A stretch of 63,909 nt of DNA, counting the filler, from Octopus bimaculoides (lineage: Eukaryota), in assembly GCF_001194135.2 (NCBI RefSeq). It is 5 parts of 5 records of this genome, joined end to end, with 100 filler letters (N's around TTAATTAATTAA, not from the genome) between each part and the next. Parts side by side here need not be neighbours in the genome. Positions count along the whole stretch, not along the records: positions 25,661 to 55,195 come from NC_068987.1; 4 more parts are not named here. One strand, written 5' to 3'. The position numbers and the translations under genes were made by a program. Positions within the stretch are counted from its first letter, which is position 1, and every line of letters starts with the position of its first letter. Below, piece by piece: positions 37,886 through 51,793 of this stretch. The notes below the pieces were generated by a model. That model was given only the letters and a program-made list of their open reading frames with translations, searched no databases and was not told the origin of the DNA.

Positions 37886-38404
37886 TAGATGAATAGCATA
37901 ACACAAACTTTCGCTTTTATAGGATAACGGAATATAGAAGATATTGGAATTTTCATTTACGCGTCCATTGTAATCGACTGCATTACAGATATTTAAATTT
38001 CGGTGCTTCATTCTATCACATTTTCCCAAATTTCTGTAACAAGGACGTAAAGAATCCTACGTTGGTTCACCGTTGTTAAACACAAAAGAATCATACACAC
38101 ACAAAAGCACCCACACACACGTGCACACACATGCATAAACACACAGACGCACACACATTCACACGCACAGACACACATGTACACAGACACACACACACAC
38201 GTACACCGACACACACGCACACAGACACTCACACATTCACCGCTCCCCTACACGCATTTTATGTGTGAAGGTTTTTATAGCAGCCAAAGGGAATGTAAAT
38301 ATGTAAAAATATCTGGCTGTCTCCAAACGATTGATATTGATTTAAAAGAACGCACGTGGACTATGGACTTAAAGAATAGATTTTTTCACTTTCATTTTTT
38401 TCAT

Positions 38405-38452
38405 TTTATCTAGTTTCAGCTCATGAGCTGTGGCCATGCTGGGGGCACCGCC
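38405..38452 (-). mobile_element. Isolated SINE family B-like 3' tail
   Basis: Reverse complement: ggcggtgcccccagcatggccacagctcatgagctgaaactagataaaa. Confidence 0.65.
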
Positions 38453-38462
38453 ATTAATAACA

Positions 38463-38508
38463 TTCCCATGCCGAGAATCGAACCCGGGCCGCCTGGGTGA
38501 AAACCAGA
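38463..38508 (-). pseudogene. tRNA-Glu(TTC) 3' half (anticodon arm, T arm, acceptor 3' strand)
   Basis: Reverse complement tctgg-ttTTCac-ccagg-cggc-ccggg-ttcgatt-ctcgg-catgggaa matches the 3' part of canonical eukaryotic tRNA-Glu(TTC). The D arm and 5' acceptor strand are absent. Confidence 0.85.
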
Positions 38509-40136
38509 TTTCAATAACATTCTCCCACTTCTCTATTTATATTTCCTTTTTCGCGTGTCCTTTATCAAAACCCTTTCTTGTAGTCTGTTGTTGGTGCTAC
38601 CGGACCTGTTCCGACAATCATGTCTTTCATTAATTAATTTGTACTGGAAAGTTTCCTTGGTATCTTAATCTTTAATTCGTGTTCTTTCTTGCTCATATTG
38701 CAGCCAAGTTTATTCTTTCTTTTATTATTATTGTTTTTTTGCTCTAGCATTCTTTCCGGGATATTCTTCCTTCCGAACCCAGTCGAAAGATTAGTCTCTT
38801 CTTTGTCCAACGTCATTACGTATATCTGCTGTAATATTCGTTTCACTCTTACGTTGCTGGCAGGATATTGTAAGAGGTATTCTTGACATATTCCACTTCT
38901 GTGACATTCAAAATTACTAGCGGCACCAGAGCTTGTAGCGCCATAGAATCAAATGTTCAGACTTTAAATGTGCTGATACGACGCTGATTCTGGTTCCCTT
39001 GGTCGACAGATTTTCTGTGTTTAATTTTTCTTTAATAGTTCCTTTAATATTTCATGTTGCCATTTCATTTTTTAGTAGACACATGCATACAGTTCTAGTT
39101 TACATCCTAATGATATTCTAAGTTTAATTATACCGTCCAGGCGCATTTATCATTGTGCGTGAGCATGTGCGTATGTGTGTGTGAGCGTGTGTGTATGTGC
39201 GTATATATGTCAGTACACATGTACGTGTATGTATTATTACAATCTCATAGGCACACTATTGAAATAGTTGCTCTTATAGAACTTTAGAAAGCAACGGACA
39301 CATTATCTTATAAGACATAAATGGAAAATGCCTTCAGATTTATTTTTATTGCTAAATAGTAATTGCTATTAGTATTCTTCAACAACGATGATGTCTCTCT
39401 TCCATCGAAGACAAAAACTATTGACTAGATAGACTGAACGAGATATTTTGATTATAAGCGCTATGATTAAATATATAAAAATATTACCATGCTACGTAAA
39501 ATCAAATTAAAAGCATTAGTTTTGCTTAGGTATCGCCTGTCACGTGTTAATTGGTGCTTGAGTAAAAGCGTTTTACTATTTTCTGGCTTGTCATGATTAA
39601 ATTGATGCTGAACAATCGATACACCAGTGATGATTACGATTGGAATATGTTGAGAACATACGGTACTTATGTTTTATCAGAAACTATGATTGAATAATGT
39701 TGGGAACAGTTGCAAATCTCCAATTCAATAAATTGGCCAAGAACTTATAGGTACAACTGAGAGATTGTATATTAAATATTTAATAGTATAAGATAACAAG
39801 ATGGTTCAAAAAAGAATACGTGGTACATCCACTCCTAGGAAATACACGTGACTGATTGGCTATAGATGATTCAATATATGTCCGTGGGTCATCACATTTG
39901 TCTGTCTTGCAAAAGTATTAGAAGCTTCTAAATTACAACAATAGAGAATTGAAAATGTTCTAAGCTGTGTGTGTGTGTGTGTGTGTGTGCGTGTGTGTGT
40001 GTGTGTGTGGAGGGAGATATTTCAAATGGCAGTTGAGTAGGTTTGTAGTTTGACGTGTAGCTATGTATAGATATATATGCACACACATATGCAGAGACAC
40101 GTACTCACTCCATATATATTTATATCTACATATATA

Positions 40137-41320
40137 TCATGTCATCCCATAAGCTCTATCCGAATTTTGAATAAAGAAATCAAGTGATCACATGTTATAT
40201 TTAATTGAAATTTAATCATCAACGTACTTACCCTGATTATCTATGACTTCCTTCCATTTATTTACAAGCCTTTTAATCCCGTCAATGTAAAATTCTTTTC
40301 GTTTCAAAGCGAAGAACATTTCATTACCTTCGAACTCCTCCCGGCTTGCGAAAGTTATATCCTCCAAATGATTCTGTAAACTACGAAACAAATGGTAGTC
40401 TAAAGAAGCCAGGTCGGGATAATAAGGTGGATGAGGAATATTTTTTCCAACCAAGCTCTTCGAACTTCTGTAATGTGATCTTTGCAGTGTTGGGTCGCGC
40501 ATTGTCCAGATGAAACACTAAAGAGAGTCTTTTTTTTTCTTCAAAGCTTGGTTCAAACGCTCTATAATTGCTGACAGCAGACTTGAGCATTCATTGTTGC
40601 ATTAGGTGGTAGCAACTCAAAGTGAATTACCCCTTTGCAATCCCACCAGATAGAGAGAAGAACCTTTTTCCCATATTTCGTCACCAGTCACAAGTCTATC
40701 CAAAAAGGGTGAAATGAGTTCTCGAGTATGGAGAGAAGAGCAGATGTCAACTCGGGATTTACGGTTGCTTTCGGACAATTCAGGAGGCACACATTTTCAA
40801 AGTTTATGAACCTTTCCAAGTTGTTGAAGATGACGATGAACAGTTGTGTGGTTTGAAATAAGCTTTATTGGCAATTCTTCAACGGATAATGCAGGATTTT
40901 CTGCAAGTAATGCCTCAAGGACGTTATCATCAAACTCAACTGGACGTCCTGTTCGATCATCATCTTCAAGGCTGAAATCTCCACTTCTAAATTTTGCAAA
41001 CCATCTTCTGCAAGTTCTTTCATTCAAGCATTTTTTCCCATAAACAGAGTGTATGTTACGTGTCGCTTCGGCTGCAGAGTTTCCATTTTTGGACTCATAA
41101 AGCATTATCCAAATGCTCTTTGGATACTCCCTTGTTAGAAAGGGTTTTAATCAAAGAAATTTTAATTCTATTATTCTGTGAGATAATATTTAATTAGTTT
41201 AAATGTACACAAATGCATAAAAATAATTTTTAATTCCATTAGACATTCAAAAATACTATTAAATTTCATTCAATTTAAAGAAAAAAGCTACAATAGGACA
41301 GAACTTATGGTATGACATGA
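40137..41320 (-). mobile_element. Decayed mariner (second lineage) with an internal deletion
   Basis: TA-flanked TIRs tcatgtcatcccataagctctatcc / rc tcatgtcataccataagttctgtcc. Transposase ~41133-40212: MLYESKNGNSAAEATRNI...RTGRP, LVTGDEIW joined to KVLLSIWWDCKG, HLDNARP, HPPYYPDLASLDYHLF. Confidence 0.92.
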
Positions 41321-41409
41321 TACATACAAAAGTACTGCATCTGAATTAATGTACTAGTGGCTAAGGATTTCAAAGACCAGTACTCTTAACAAAATGTGTA
41401 GGCACGCAG

Positions 41410-42600
41410 TACCAGTGTAAAACAAGTTTACCTTTTCAGTGTCATCCCATATGGAAATATGGATCTATCTGTGGCATGCAGTTCCCTTTGAAAACGTTGC
41501 AGAGATGGTTATCGTCATCTAGATGGAGACTGGACCTGGTCCAACGCTGGACTATTTTCTTCTTCAGTGTGTAAGCCGCCCACCTGTCTCAAAGTCGAAC
41601 ATGGCTTGATAAGATCTTCACAGTCATGTGAAGAAGGCATTTATGCTATCCTCGGAGCAGTGGGCGGCCTGAGTGACTGGCAGCAGAGCGAAGCTGACAA
41701 AAGAAGCGGACATTAGATAAGCTGTGTTTCTATGCGTACCATATGGCCAACACACTTTAGTTATGCTTAGTAAGTAAACTGTCAGTGCTTCGACGCGTGA
41801 CTTGGTGGTCAGAATCATACTTCACAACAACATGGTTCCGGGTCTAGTTCCACTACGTGGAAGTCTAGTGACAGAAACATGTAAAAGAATAAAATAATAA
41901 AAGAATAAAAGAACCTTGCAAGAATTTCTATGTTGATGACTTTTTCCTGCCACTTAATGTTGCAAATTGAACGAAGGATGCGAACACAGATGAATCTAGA
42001 CATTCAGAAAGGTTCCTACGGAGTGTCCATGTTTCAGAGCCATACACGAAAGAGTTACATGCTACTGCGTGGTATACTTCTATCGTTGCCATCTCTCCTA
42101 AGTCAAATTCAGAAAATCCCTAGTTGATATCTTTGTACGTCAATGTTTCACAATTTCTTTCCAGGTAGCAGTATGTTGGCAGACCATTTAGAGAAGGATT
42201 ACATATTATGAAAATAAGGTCCTCTTTGAAGTATCCCGGCGCTGGCACGTGTAATACCTCAGTTCCTCTGAAGCCGATTTTGAGGCCAAAAGATTCTGCA
42301 GCATTAGCAAAATATTCAGACAATACTTGGATGTTCTATAAGCGTGCTGTGAACGTACAATCGTAAGCAAATAGAAACATTTTAATAGATTGTTCTCTGA
42401 TTTGGGTTCTGGCTCTGTGACATTGTGGAATGAAAATGTTACCAGCTCTCTTAAGCATGATATGCACACCTTCGACAGCATCACTGAAAGCCACTTGCAA
42501 CATGGCTGAGAAGAAGATTGGAAACGTGGCAGCGGCTATTACACATATATCGAAATATACGTACATACTGGGTATTTTATGATCATTTTCTTGCACTAAA
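41410..42600 (-). mobile_element. RTE-clade LINE relic (RT to C-terminus), interrupted by a SINE B head fragment at ~41822-41865
   Basis: IFFSAMLQVAFSDAVEGVHI, FLFAYDC, FANAAESFGLKIGFRGTEVLH, LRSICNIKWQEKVINIEIL, HSGRPLLR, terminal C..C...H..H-like relic. Confidence 0.8.
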
Positions 42601-44108
42601 GTAACGAGCAGCAGTTATATCCTAAGCAGAGTCCATAAACACACCCGCACGTGCGCACATGCAGATATACCTACGCACTCGCACACGCATATACACTGCA
42701 CCACACGTAAACCGCACCGCACACTCATACGCACAATAGTACAAGTGATCAAACGAAAGGAACTTAATTTCAACACATTGATTGCGGAAAGAACAAACGG
42801 GTTCTGTCTTACAGAGGTCACTTAACCATCCTTGCTATAGTCACAAATCAGAATCAACAGATATAACTTTCCAATTGTTGGGAATAATATAACTTAGTCA
42901 ACGAAACTTGGAATTTCCCGCCTCAGTTACATCACTGTTTGAGGCATTGGATGTTAGGAAATATAAGGTATTACCACTAGACATTTAATTTGACATTCTA
43001 CTGTTTTTGGTGACTTATTTTAATCCGGATACGTTCGTGCTGCAGATCGAGGTGAGAGGGATAACTTCCCTTGGCAAACAGGACACAGTCGTGTGTCGAT
43101 AAGCCAGCTGGAGGAGATGTCCTCCTGGGGCTAAAAGCAACAGTAACATCCACCCCTAGGGGTCAGCCACACTTAAGTGGCAATATACTACACTTTATAA
43201 TATTACTATACGTTTAACTACGTTATAGAATATATATTGGAAACCTATGTACATTTGCAAAACGACAGTCTACTACTTTCTTTGATGGATTGAATTTGGC
43301 TGCCGACTTGGAATACAAGAATATTATATTTATGATAATAAAAATGACCATATTATCCATAACTCACGAAGTTTTCAAAAAATTGTAAAACACATACATT
43401 GCCTTGGATGAAATTCGGGTTGTATAGCCCACGGTATCTGCTGTGGTACATATTTATCGAGCGAAGAAATGTTTTGGACATTCTAAATCCCATTTGGAAT
43501 TCATTTAATATCGTCGCCGTGGTGTCTAGGAAAAATATTAATTTTTCAATCTACATCATACATTATCGATGGAATGCCTCGGTGGCTGTGTTAGAAATCG
43601 ATAGTACAAACATTTAACGACTAAATTCACCGAATATCCCCTAAGTATAATATATTCTATATTCGACTCAAATATGTCAAAAAGTATTTTATTTTCCGCT
43701 TATCTGAACGTAAGGTAACTACGAATGGGGTTTCATATCATAACGTTATGACAACGCAGTGTATCACAGAGACTAGAAGCTAACGGTTAGCTACTTCACT
43801 CAATCATCTGATTCATAACTCTATGGCAACGGAACTGTAACAATAATAATTTAAAATATTATAAAATTGCATATACGCATAATACATTTATATGCGTATG
43901 TATACACATAAATATGCGCATATAGGCCATTCAAATTCACGAATTACATACAAATATCCAAAATATTTAAACCGATTAATGATCAAGTGTACAATAATAT
44001 GTGCACATACAAACGACAAAATAACTTATAGAAATGCTTCAATGGAAAGGTGCATCAGAAAACTACTTACACGCAGATAAACACGCACATATACATTCAG
44101 ACATACAT

Positions 44109-44144
<36 letters not shown>

Positions 44145-46856
44145 NNNNNNNNNNNNNNNNNNNNNNNNNNNNNNNNNNNNNNNNNNNNNNNNNNNNNNNN
44201 NNNNNNNNNNNNNNNNNNNNNNNNNNNNNNNNNNNNNNNNNNNNNNNNNNNNNNNNNNNNNNNNNNNNNNNNNNNNNNNNNNNNNNNNNNNNNNNNNNNN
44301 NNNNNNNNNNNNNNNNNNNNNNNNNNNNNNNNNNNNNNNNNNNNNNNNNNNNNNNNNNNNNNNNNNNNNNNNNNNNNNNNNNNNNNNNNNNNNNNNNNNN
44401 NNNNNNNNNNNNNNNNNNNNNNNNNNNNNNNNNNNNNNNNNNNNNNNNNNNNNNNNNNNNNNNNNNNNNNNNNNNNNNNNNNNNNNNNNNNNNNNNNNNN
44501 NNNNNNNNNNNNNNNNNNNNNNNNNNNNNNNNNNNNNNNNNNNNNNNNNNNNNNNNNNNNNNNNNNNNNNNNNNNNNNNNNNNNNNNNNNNNNNNNNNNN
44601 NNNNNNNNNNNNNNNNNNNNNNNNNNNNNNNNNNNNNNNNNNNNNNNNNNNNNNNNNNNNNNNNNNNNNNNNNNNNNNNNNNNNNNNNNNNNNNNNNNNN
44701 NNNNNNNNNNNNNNNNNNNNNNNNNNNNNNNNNNNNNNNNNNNNNNNNNNNNNNNNNNNNNNNNNNNNNNNNNNNNNNNNNNNNNNNNNNNNNNNNNNNN
44801 NNNNNNNNNNNNNNNNNNNNNNNNNNNNNNNNNNNNNNNNNNNNNNNNNNNNNNNNNNNNNNNNNNNNNNNNNNNNNNNNNNNNNNNNNNNNNNNNNNNN
44901 NNNNNNNNNNNNNNNNNCACACACACACACACACACACACGCACACACCACACCACACACACTCAACCTCACACGTTGTACGCTTGTCAGAATCACAATG
45001 GTAATGAACCAGGAGAGAATAAATCTCTTTTACAATAGAATTCTCATTTAAAAGGAAAGGAAATTTAGGCATTTAACTGAAGCTTTCTATTTATTTCCTT
45101 ACATATAATGAGCAAGAAAACGGCAGCGAAATGAAGCCAACCAATCGTAATTGTTCGAGGGCGTAAAAGCGATCGAGGCAGTAAAACGATGGATGTATAA
45201 GATTCTCGTAACTAGTGGAATCCTTTAAATGTCTAGAAGCAATATAAATGATGCCTGGCCTTTTATCCAGCGTCGATAAATTATCTAACAAAAATATAAA
45301 GGTCTGGTATGAGTAAGATTTAGCTGTTATTCCTAGGAAGAAGAATCGACAATTAGAATTTCCCCAGCCGTATCTCATTTTTTTTTCTTGTATCATATAC
45401 CATTACAGTTCTTCCTCTGTATTCATGATGTATTACGCTATTTCATATGTTCCATCTAAATTCTTTTGAACTAACAGACTATGTTTATCGCGGGCTTATC
45501 GGTACACTGATTCCTTCCAAAGCTGCTTCCGTGCTGGTTGTGATATTCTTACATCACTGATACTTTTGAGTAATTATCCATGTTTTTTTTTACACTAATG
45601 TATAAATATAAAATAACTTGGAAATAATGTTTAATTGATAGTGTATAACAGAACATCGAAAATAGTGAGTTGATATACAATTTGATCGATTACGTGTCCT
45701 CTGGTAGTATGCCATATATGAATATGCTGCCTATAAAATGTGTCTCTATTTCTCTTGCGTTAAATATCGAGTTGCAGCAGTTATTAGCGCAAAAGAGATA
45801 TCAGAGTAGAAATTCAGATATAGAAAAGCTATTAAGGAATAGGAATTATTTTATCCACCCAAATAGATCAAATTCCCATCCAATTTGATTTGAATAACAA
45901 TGTCTGGACATGTTTATATAAGTACCATCGTGTCATGGAAATAAATCATTATGCATCATAGACTTCTCTTATTCATTGATTTTTTTCTGGACACTATTTG
46001 CAGACAGACATTTGCCTCTAAAGTTAGCCGAAGTAAACAATACTGAAATCGCAGATCTATTTTCTAGGCATTTCAACAATTTCGTTAAGCACTCAACAAA
46101 TCAAAACACGTCTCACACACAACAATCTAAGTTCATTCAATAAATGATTAATGATTGCAAAATTCTAAAGTGAAACCTCACACTTCAATGATAGATTATC
46201 AAAAAGGAAAATATTGACATAAAGGAACGCATACGTCTTTTTTTTTATTATTGATCATCTCAGTACGTATATCTACACTGAATATTTCGATTGATGGAAA
46301 GCTTCGGTTAAGATTTTCGAATTTTTACCGAAATTGCCTCAATTTCATTTGCTAAAATACATTTCTAAAATATAGTTAACATAAATAGGGTTTACGGTAC
46401 GTATTTTTCGGTGATAGTTTAATAATGTTAAACCAAGATATAATAAATACAAGTCTAGGATATATATCGTAGATCATATCGAGAAGGATCTGGTGCATTT
46501 TGCAACTACATGAGAATAACTGAATCATAACACAAGCAATATATTTCTATGGTGATTTGAAAGAGCTTGGCACAATCATTGTACCATCATTTTTATATTT
46601 CTTACTTATTACCCTCTTTAATCACAGCTGCATACATTCGACCTTATGTTAACAATATATGTTAACAACTATATAAATAAATTCGGTTAGGCGTGGGAAA
46701 TAAAGTAAGAGATGGATCTATTATTACCATTGATTGACTACGGAATTACTTTAAGGTCAAACATATATCTGATGTTATGTGTAATAAAACACACCGGTAA
46801 CACAGTAAGAATTACTTTGATTCAGTTGTTATAAAGTAGGATTACCTATAGATTTA

Positions 46857-46970
46857 GGCGTCGTTAAGCTGTAGGAAGTTTGCTTCTCAACCACATGGTT
46901 CCAATTCAAATCCCACTGCGTGGTAGCTTGGGCAGATATCTTCTAATGTAGCCTCGTGTCAACCAAAGAC
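46857..46970 (+). mobile_element. SINE family B head
   Basis: gtaggaagtttgcttctcaaccacatggttccaattcaaatcccactgcgtggtagcttgggcagatatcttc. Confidence 0.75.
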
Positions 46971-47117
46971 TATGTCTATATCTATAAAAGAGAGATTCTG
47001 TCCTTTTGTACTTTTCCGTTTGATTGTCCATCGACATGAAAGTAAATAGTTCAAGAGATGCTATTACGTATATGTACATGTATATCTCCCTCTCTCGCCC
47101 TCTCTCGTTCTCTCTCG

Positions 47118-47148
<31 letters not shown>

Positions 47149-47165
47149 TATATATATATATATAT

Positions 47166-47210
<45 letters not shown>

Positions 47211-48112
47211 CGTGTGTATATTTTCCTAACAATTAACATGGAAAAAACTGATAAATAGTTACCAGGTTAGCAAAAATTCACACAAGTAAAAAGGTTGTAA
47301 CTTCTTGATTTTACAGGTAGAAACTCTGGGTTTATGTGAAATATTTTGTATAATGTATATAAATAACTAAATGGAGTTAAACGTAGGTGTTAATCAATTT
47401 CTTTTACTTCTGGCACATGTATCGAAGATATCTCTGGAATAAAATGATGTAAAACAATGTAATCTTCTCTTCATGGAAATGAAGAGATGAAACTTGTGAA
47501 TAAGACATTTTAACAGAATATGATTGATATGTATAGTGATTAAGTGAACGCTATTAAATTTGTTTAAAAAAAAACACTAGAGGATAAAACGTCAAATGTA
47601 GCCTATAGAAAGAGGAGAGGTGAAGGAAAGAAAAAACAAATACATGAGAAGTATATAACGATATGTAAATTAAATAAATCTCTATAGTCTTGGAAAATGA
47701 TATATCTAGTGAATGTTAAATGTAAGACGAAAATTAATGTTTAAATTATATATAATGATAGTGTTGTGTCGACGCCCCTAGACGATGAAGTAGGTTAGCC
47801 CAATATGTAGATATATAGAGAGAAGTCTAGACGTCGTAGCAGTTGAATAGAGGTCATCCGAACATGCTCGATAACAGTTGTGACGAGGATTTCGTAGCTC
47901 ACACAGCTACTATGTAGTATTGCGATATAACAGATAGATATCACTTATATGAACTAAAGGTGTGTTTCTGCCAATGCTTACATCGGTATGCACGCTCTAT
48001 AACCGTGTTTACAAGGTGATATTTAGAAGAAAGAATGAAAAATAGTTCAGAACTACAGAGAAGACATAATTCCTTGCCTTTATCATAAGATATCAAAATA
48101 GATAGAATCAAT

Positions 48113-48622
48113 TAATCTAAATTAAATTGTTTATTGTGGCCTTTTAGATTCCAAAATAATTTACCAAGCCCTGTGCTGTTACGTTTAATCCTATTCCTAA
48201 ATGTAGAGTAAAGATTAGAAATTCTTATAGATGAGAAGATGAGCTGCCTATATAAAAATACTTCATTACAAATTATCTCCTCACATAATATTAGCCTGTT
48301 AAGTAGGATACATTTACTAATACTAACATTAATTCAGCTAATACCATCCACCACCCTAGAAATATTAATAACAAGGTTATTGTATCTGAAGTCAATTAAA
48401 ATAGAATCAAATTTATGTCAAGTAACTCTTAAATTAAAAACTCTATATACCTGTGTAAAATTACTTCTGGTAATGAAGTAGTTTTTATATAGGCAGCACA
48501 TCTAAGTTATCTAAAATAATATCTAATCCTTACTCTACATTTAGGGATAGGAATAAGCGTAACACTGCAGGGCTTAGTAAATGGTATCTAAAAGACCGCA
48601 ATAAACAATTTAATTTAGATTA
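48113..48622. mobile_element. MITE / fold-back element with ~155-bp terminal inverted repeats
   Basis: Arms 48113-48269 and 48470-48622 are clearly complementary (taatctaaattaaattgtttattg..., ...gctgcctatataaaaa.tacttcattac) around a 200-bp spacer. Outermost bases are TA...TA. Confidence 0.85.
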
Positions 48623-49526
48623 CGTATATATATATGCTCTCCATAAATAATATTTACATCTTCCACAATTCAGCAGCGAGGAAGACCCTGCGTGGAAGTC
48701 AATTTTAATAGACCATTATCGTCTCTGTATGTCTTCCAGTTAAAATTTTTGTTATTCTGCATTTTTTCATCAATGTTTTGAATGGCAAAAGCAATTTATG
48801 AACCCGTTGTATAAATTATATATATACATTTTATTATTATCAAAGCAGCAAAAACATCACGAAAATATCACAAAAACTGCGACTTAGAGTTTCTCGTTCC
48901 TGTTCGTTGCACAGTTTAGATTAATGATAATAAAGCATATTACACTACCTCCGGTATTTGAATACTATTTTTCGTACGTTATTTCATATTTATGTGCTTA
49001 TTTGAATATTTTGGTATAAATACACACACAAACATTGCTGCTGAGGCAAGCTAATTACACCAAATCCTGTCTGCGTGTGTATTCTCGTTACATATATAAC
49101 ACTACCATGTGAAATGCTTCCAAATGTTGATGTCTCGGCCTCATGTTTAATATTCACTATAATTCCATTCATAGTTTAAACATTAATATAAAAACATTAT
49201 TAATCGCAATTTTTATGCGTAGATATATATATATACGGCTTAAAATGTCATCAGTTAATGACGACCAATTTAAGTGTTACACATACTGTTTTTTTCTTTT
49301 TTTTTGCACTTTTAATCCTAATATCAGTATACTGTTCGAAGAAATACTTTGAGTTTGCACGTAGGGTACGTCTGAGTGGACATTTGCTCAGCTAGGAATA
49401 GCAACCACATTTCTTATAAATGATTTGAAGAATTTTAGAAGGATAACACAACATAGAACGGAAACCTATCTCTAAATCTCTCTACATGCATATGTAAAGC
49501 CCACAGGCACATATGCACACACACAA

Positions 49527-49578
<52 letters not shown>

Positions 49579-50224
49579 TGTGTATATTTTATATATATAT
49601 ATATATNNNNNNNNNNNNNNNNNNNNNNNNNNNNNNNNNNNNNNNNNNNNNNNNNNNNNNNNNNNNNNNNNNNNNNNNNNNNNNNNNNNNNNNNNNNNNN
49701 NNNNNNNNNNNNNNNNNNNNNNNNNNNNNNNNNNNNNNNNNNNNNNNNNNNNNNNNNNNNNNNNNNNNNNNNNNNNNNNNNNNNNNNNNNNNNNNNNNNN
49801 NNNNNNNNNNNNNNNNNNNNNNNNNNNNNNNNNNNNNNNNNNNNNNNNNNNNNNNNNNNNNNNNNNNNNNNNNNNNNNNNNNNNNNNNNNNNNNNNNNNN
49901 NNNNNNNNNNNNNNNNNNNNNNNNNNNNNNNNNNNNNNNNNNNNNNNNNNNNNNNNNNNNNNNNNTATATATATATATATACATTTAAGCACATAAGAGG
50001 TAACCATCATAGGATACCTAGCACGCTATAAGGAATAGCCAAAATCCAAACAACTATTAGGGATAAATTTCGAAGGGAATGAAAAATAAAATCATGTACC
50101 ATCTATCTCCCGGACCATAGTTTCTAGCTCTATATTAGCAAATAAAATAATTTGTTAGACGGAGCCTTCATCAACAGGTACGCGAACATGAAACATATAA
50201 ATACGAGGCAATCCAGTATGTGCT

Positions 50225-51356
50225 CCGTGCTTACGCTTATGTCCACTTTCGCCTTGATCACACCCTGCAAACGAGTGCTCACTGATTTGCAAGATCACCA
50301 TACCACCGCTTCATCCAATTCGATCCATGAAGACGGAAGGGATTTCTTCAGATCTGACACATTTGAATAGGAGCCAGCGGAAACATTACCTTCTAAGATG
50401 GACTAGATAAGAAAGCCCATGGGATTGATGTCTAGAGTTGAGGGAGACTATATCAATGTGTTCCAAAAACACTGAAATGCTCTTCGTTGCGCTAACTTTG
50501 TATGGAATTAGATTTGTGGACCGGAGACCTGTCTTGAGTGAAAATGTAACGGTCAAAGTTATCTGTGACCCAGTGTAAAACTTTCTCATCCAACATTCCA
50601 CATTAACTTCACTGTTGAACTTGACGCCAGCATCGATGAAGATTAAAGGAGACTTCGACCCACCAGTGAAGCTGCGAGCTACACCATTAGTGATGCTGGT
50701 TTCTGGCGGCGTGAAGGAAATCTCCTGCATTACCAGCATAAAGCCTGTCATTCTGCCTGTGGTAACTGCCTCCACAGTGAAGATATTCTCGTCGGACCAG
50801 ATCAACACATTGTTAGAGCGGAGCATCATCTCAGCTAAAATGTCGAGCAATTTCTTCTTGAAAGCTACTGAAATTAACTGCCGTGTTGATTTTGGGATGC
50901 AGTTAGCTTTAAATCATCTTCAAAAAACCAAACCTGTACATTAGCGATTTCAAAATATCAAGTTCTCTTGCAGAGTATTTAGGTTCATTTCTTTCTTCAC
51001 AGCTTCCACGGTTTGTTTAATACGTCGTGATCATTTCCTTCCAGGAAAAGGCTTGCTAGCAGTATTAGCGGACACTATATAACTTTTCCAGGTATTGAAC
51101 ACTGTTATTCGGCACACATTCAACTGCTCTGCTATGTCCTCTTTGCTCACCCAGCTATTTTCAAAACGACAAACTGGTCACGTTTCGATTTCGACGCTAT
51201 ATTTGTTTACAAACCTGTTATAGACGAACAAACAACACGCACATATACAAAATACATATTCAAAATTTTACATAAAGTGTAGATATTGCCTAAACGCATA
51301 TTCATTAGGAAAAGTTTTAAACATGGATAAAATGAAAATCTTTCAAGGACACCCTG
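50225..51356 (-). mobile_element. Decayed Tc1/mariner-superfamily transposon, maT (Bmmar1-like, DD37D-type) appearance
   Basis: LIWSDENIFTVEAVT, GSKSPLIFIDAGVK.NSEV, FTQDRSP.H, LDINPMGF.I.SILE, C-terminal SDLKKSL..W..LDE.VV..SC.SV..RL..VIKAK. One terminus cagggtgtcc at 51356-51347; the other was not found. D spacing not counted reliably because of indels. Confidence 0.75.
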
Positions 51357-51369
51357 TGTATGTGCGTGC

Positions 51370-51432
<63 letters not shown>

Positions 51433-51435
<3 letters not shown>

Positions 51436-51651
51436 TGGGGTGCTGAAAGTTTCCTGGCATTAAGTGTATCGCGAAAGGCCTGGATGGGTGCCCAACATTT
51501 CGAGTTTTTTTATAAGTCTTAGAAGGACTGATGGACCGCTGCAATTTTTGTGAATCTCAGACGGAAATATGATGATTAAATCAATATTAACTGATTTTCA
51601 TGTATTTTATTTCACCGCAAGCCAGGACCTTTTCATCAACCCCACCCCCCG
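51433..51651. mobile_element. Mariner-type MITE
   Basis: TA-flanked degenerate TIRs cgatggggtgctgaaagtttcctggc / gccaggaccttttcatcaaccccac...g. Confidence 0.65.
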
Positions 51652-51676
51652 TATATATAGTTGCTTTCCAATTAAT

Positions 51677-51793
51677 GGTTACCAGTTCAGTCGCACTGCA
51701 TGCTATCTTTAGCAAGGGTCTCCTGCTATAGCCACGGGCCGACAAATGCCTTGTGACTGGATTTGTTACACGGAAACTTGAAGAAGACTGTCG
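51677..51793 (+). mobile_element. SINE family B fragment
   Basis: agttcagtcgcactgcatg...ctatagccacgggccgac.aatgccttgtgactggattt...ggaaacttgaagaagactgtcg. Confidence 0.7.

Noticed and set aside
43738-43792. Two adjacent short palindromes (tcataacgttatga; agctaacggttagct)
   Set aside because: 14-15 bp palindromes can arise by chance in 64 kb of AT-rich DNA, and there is no supporting context.
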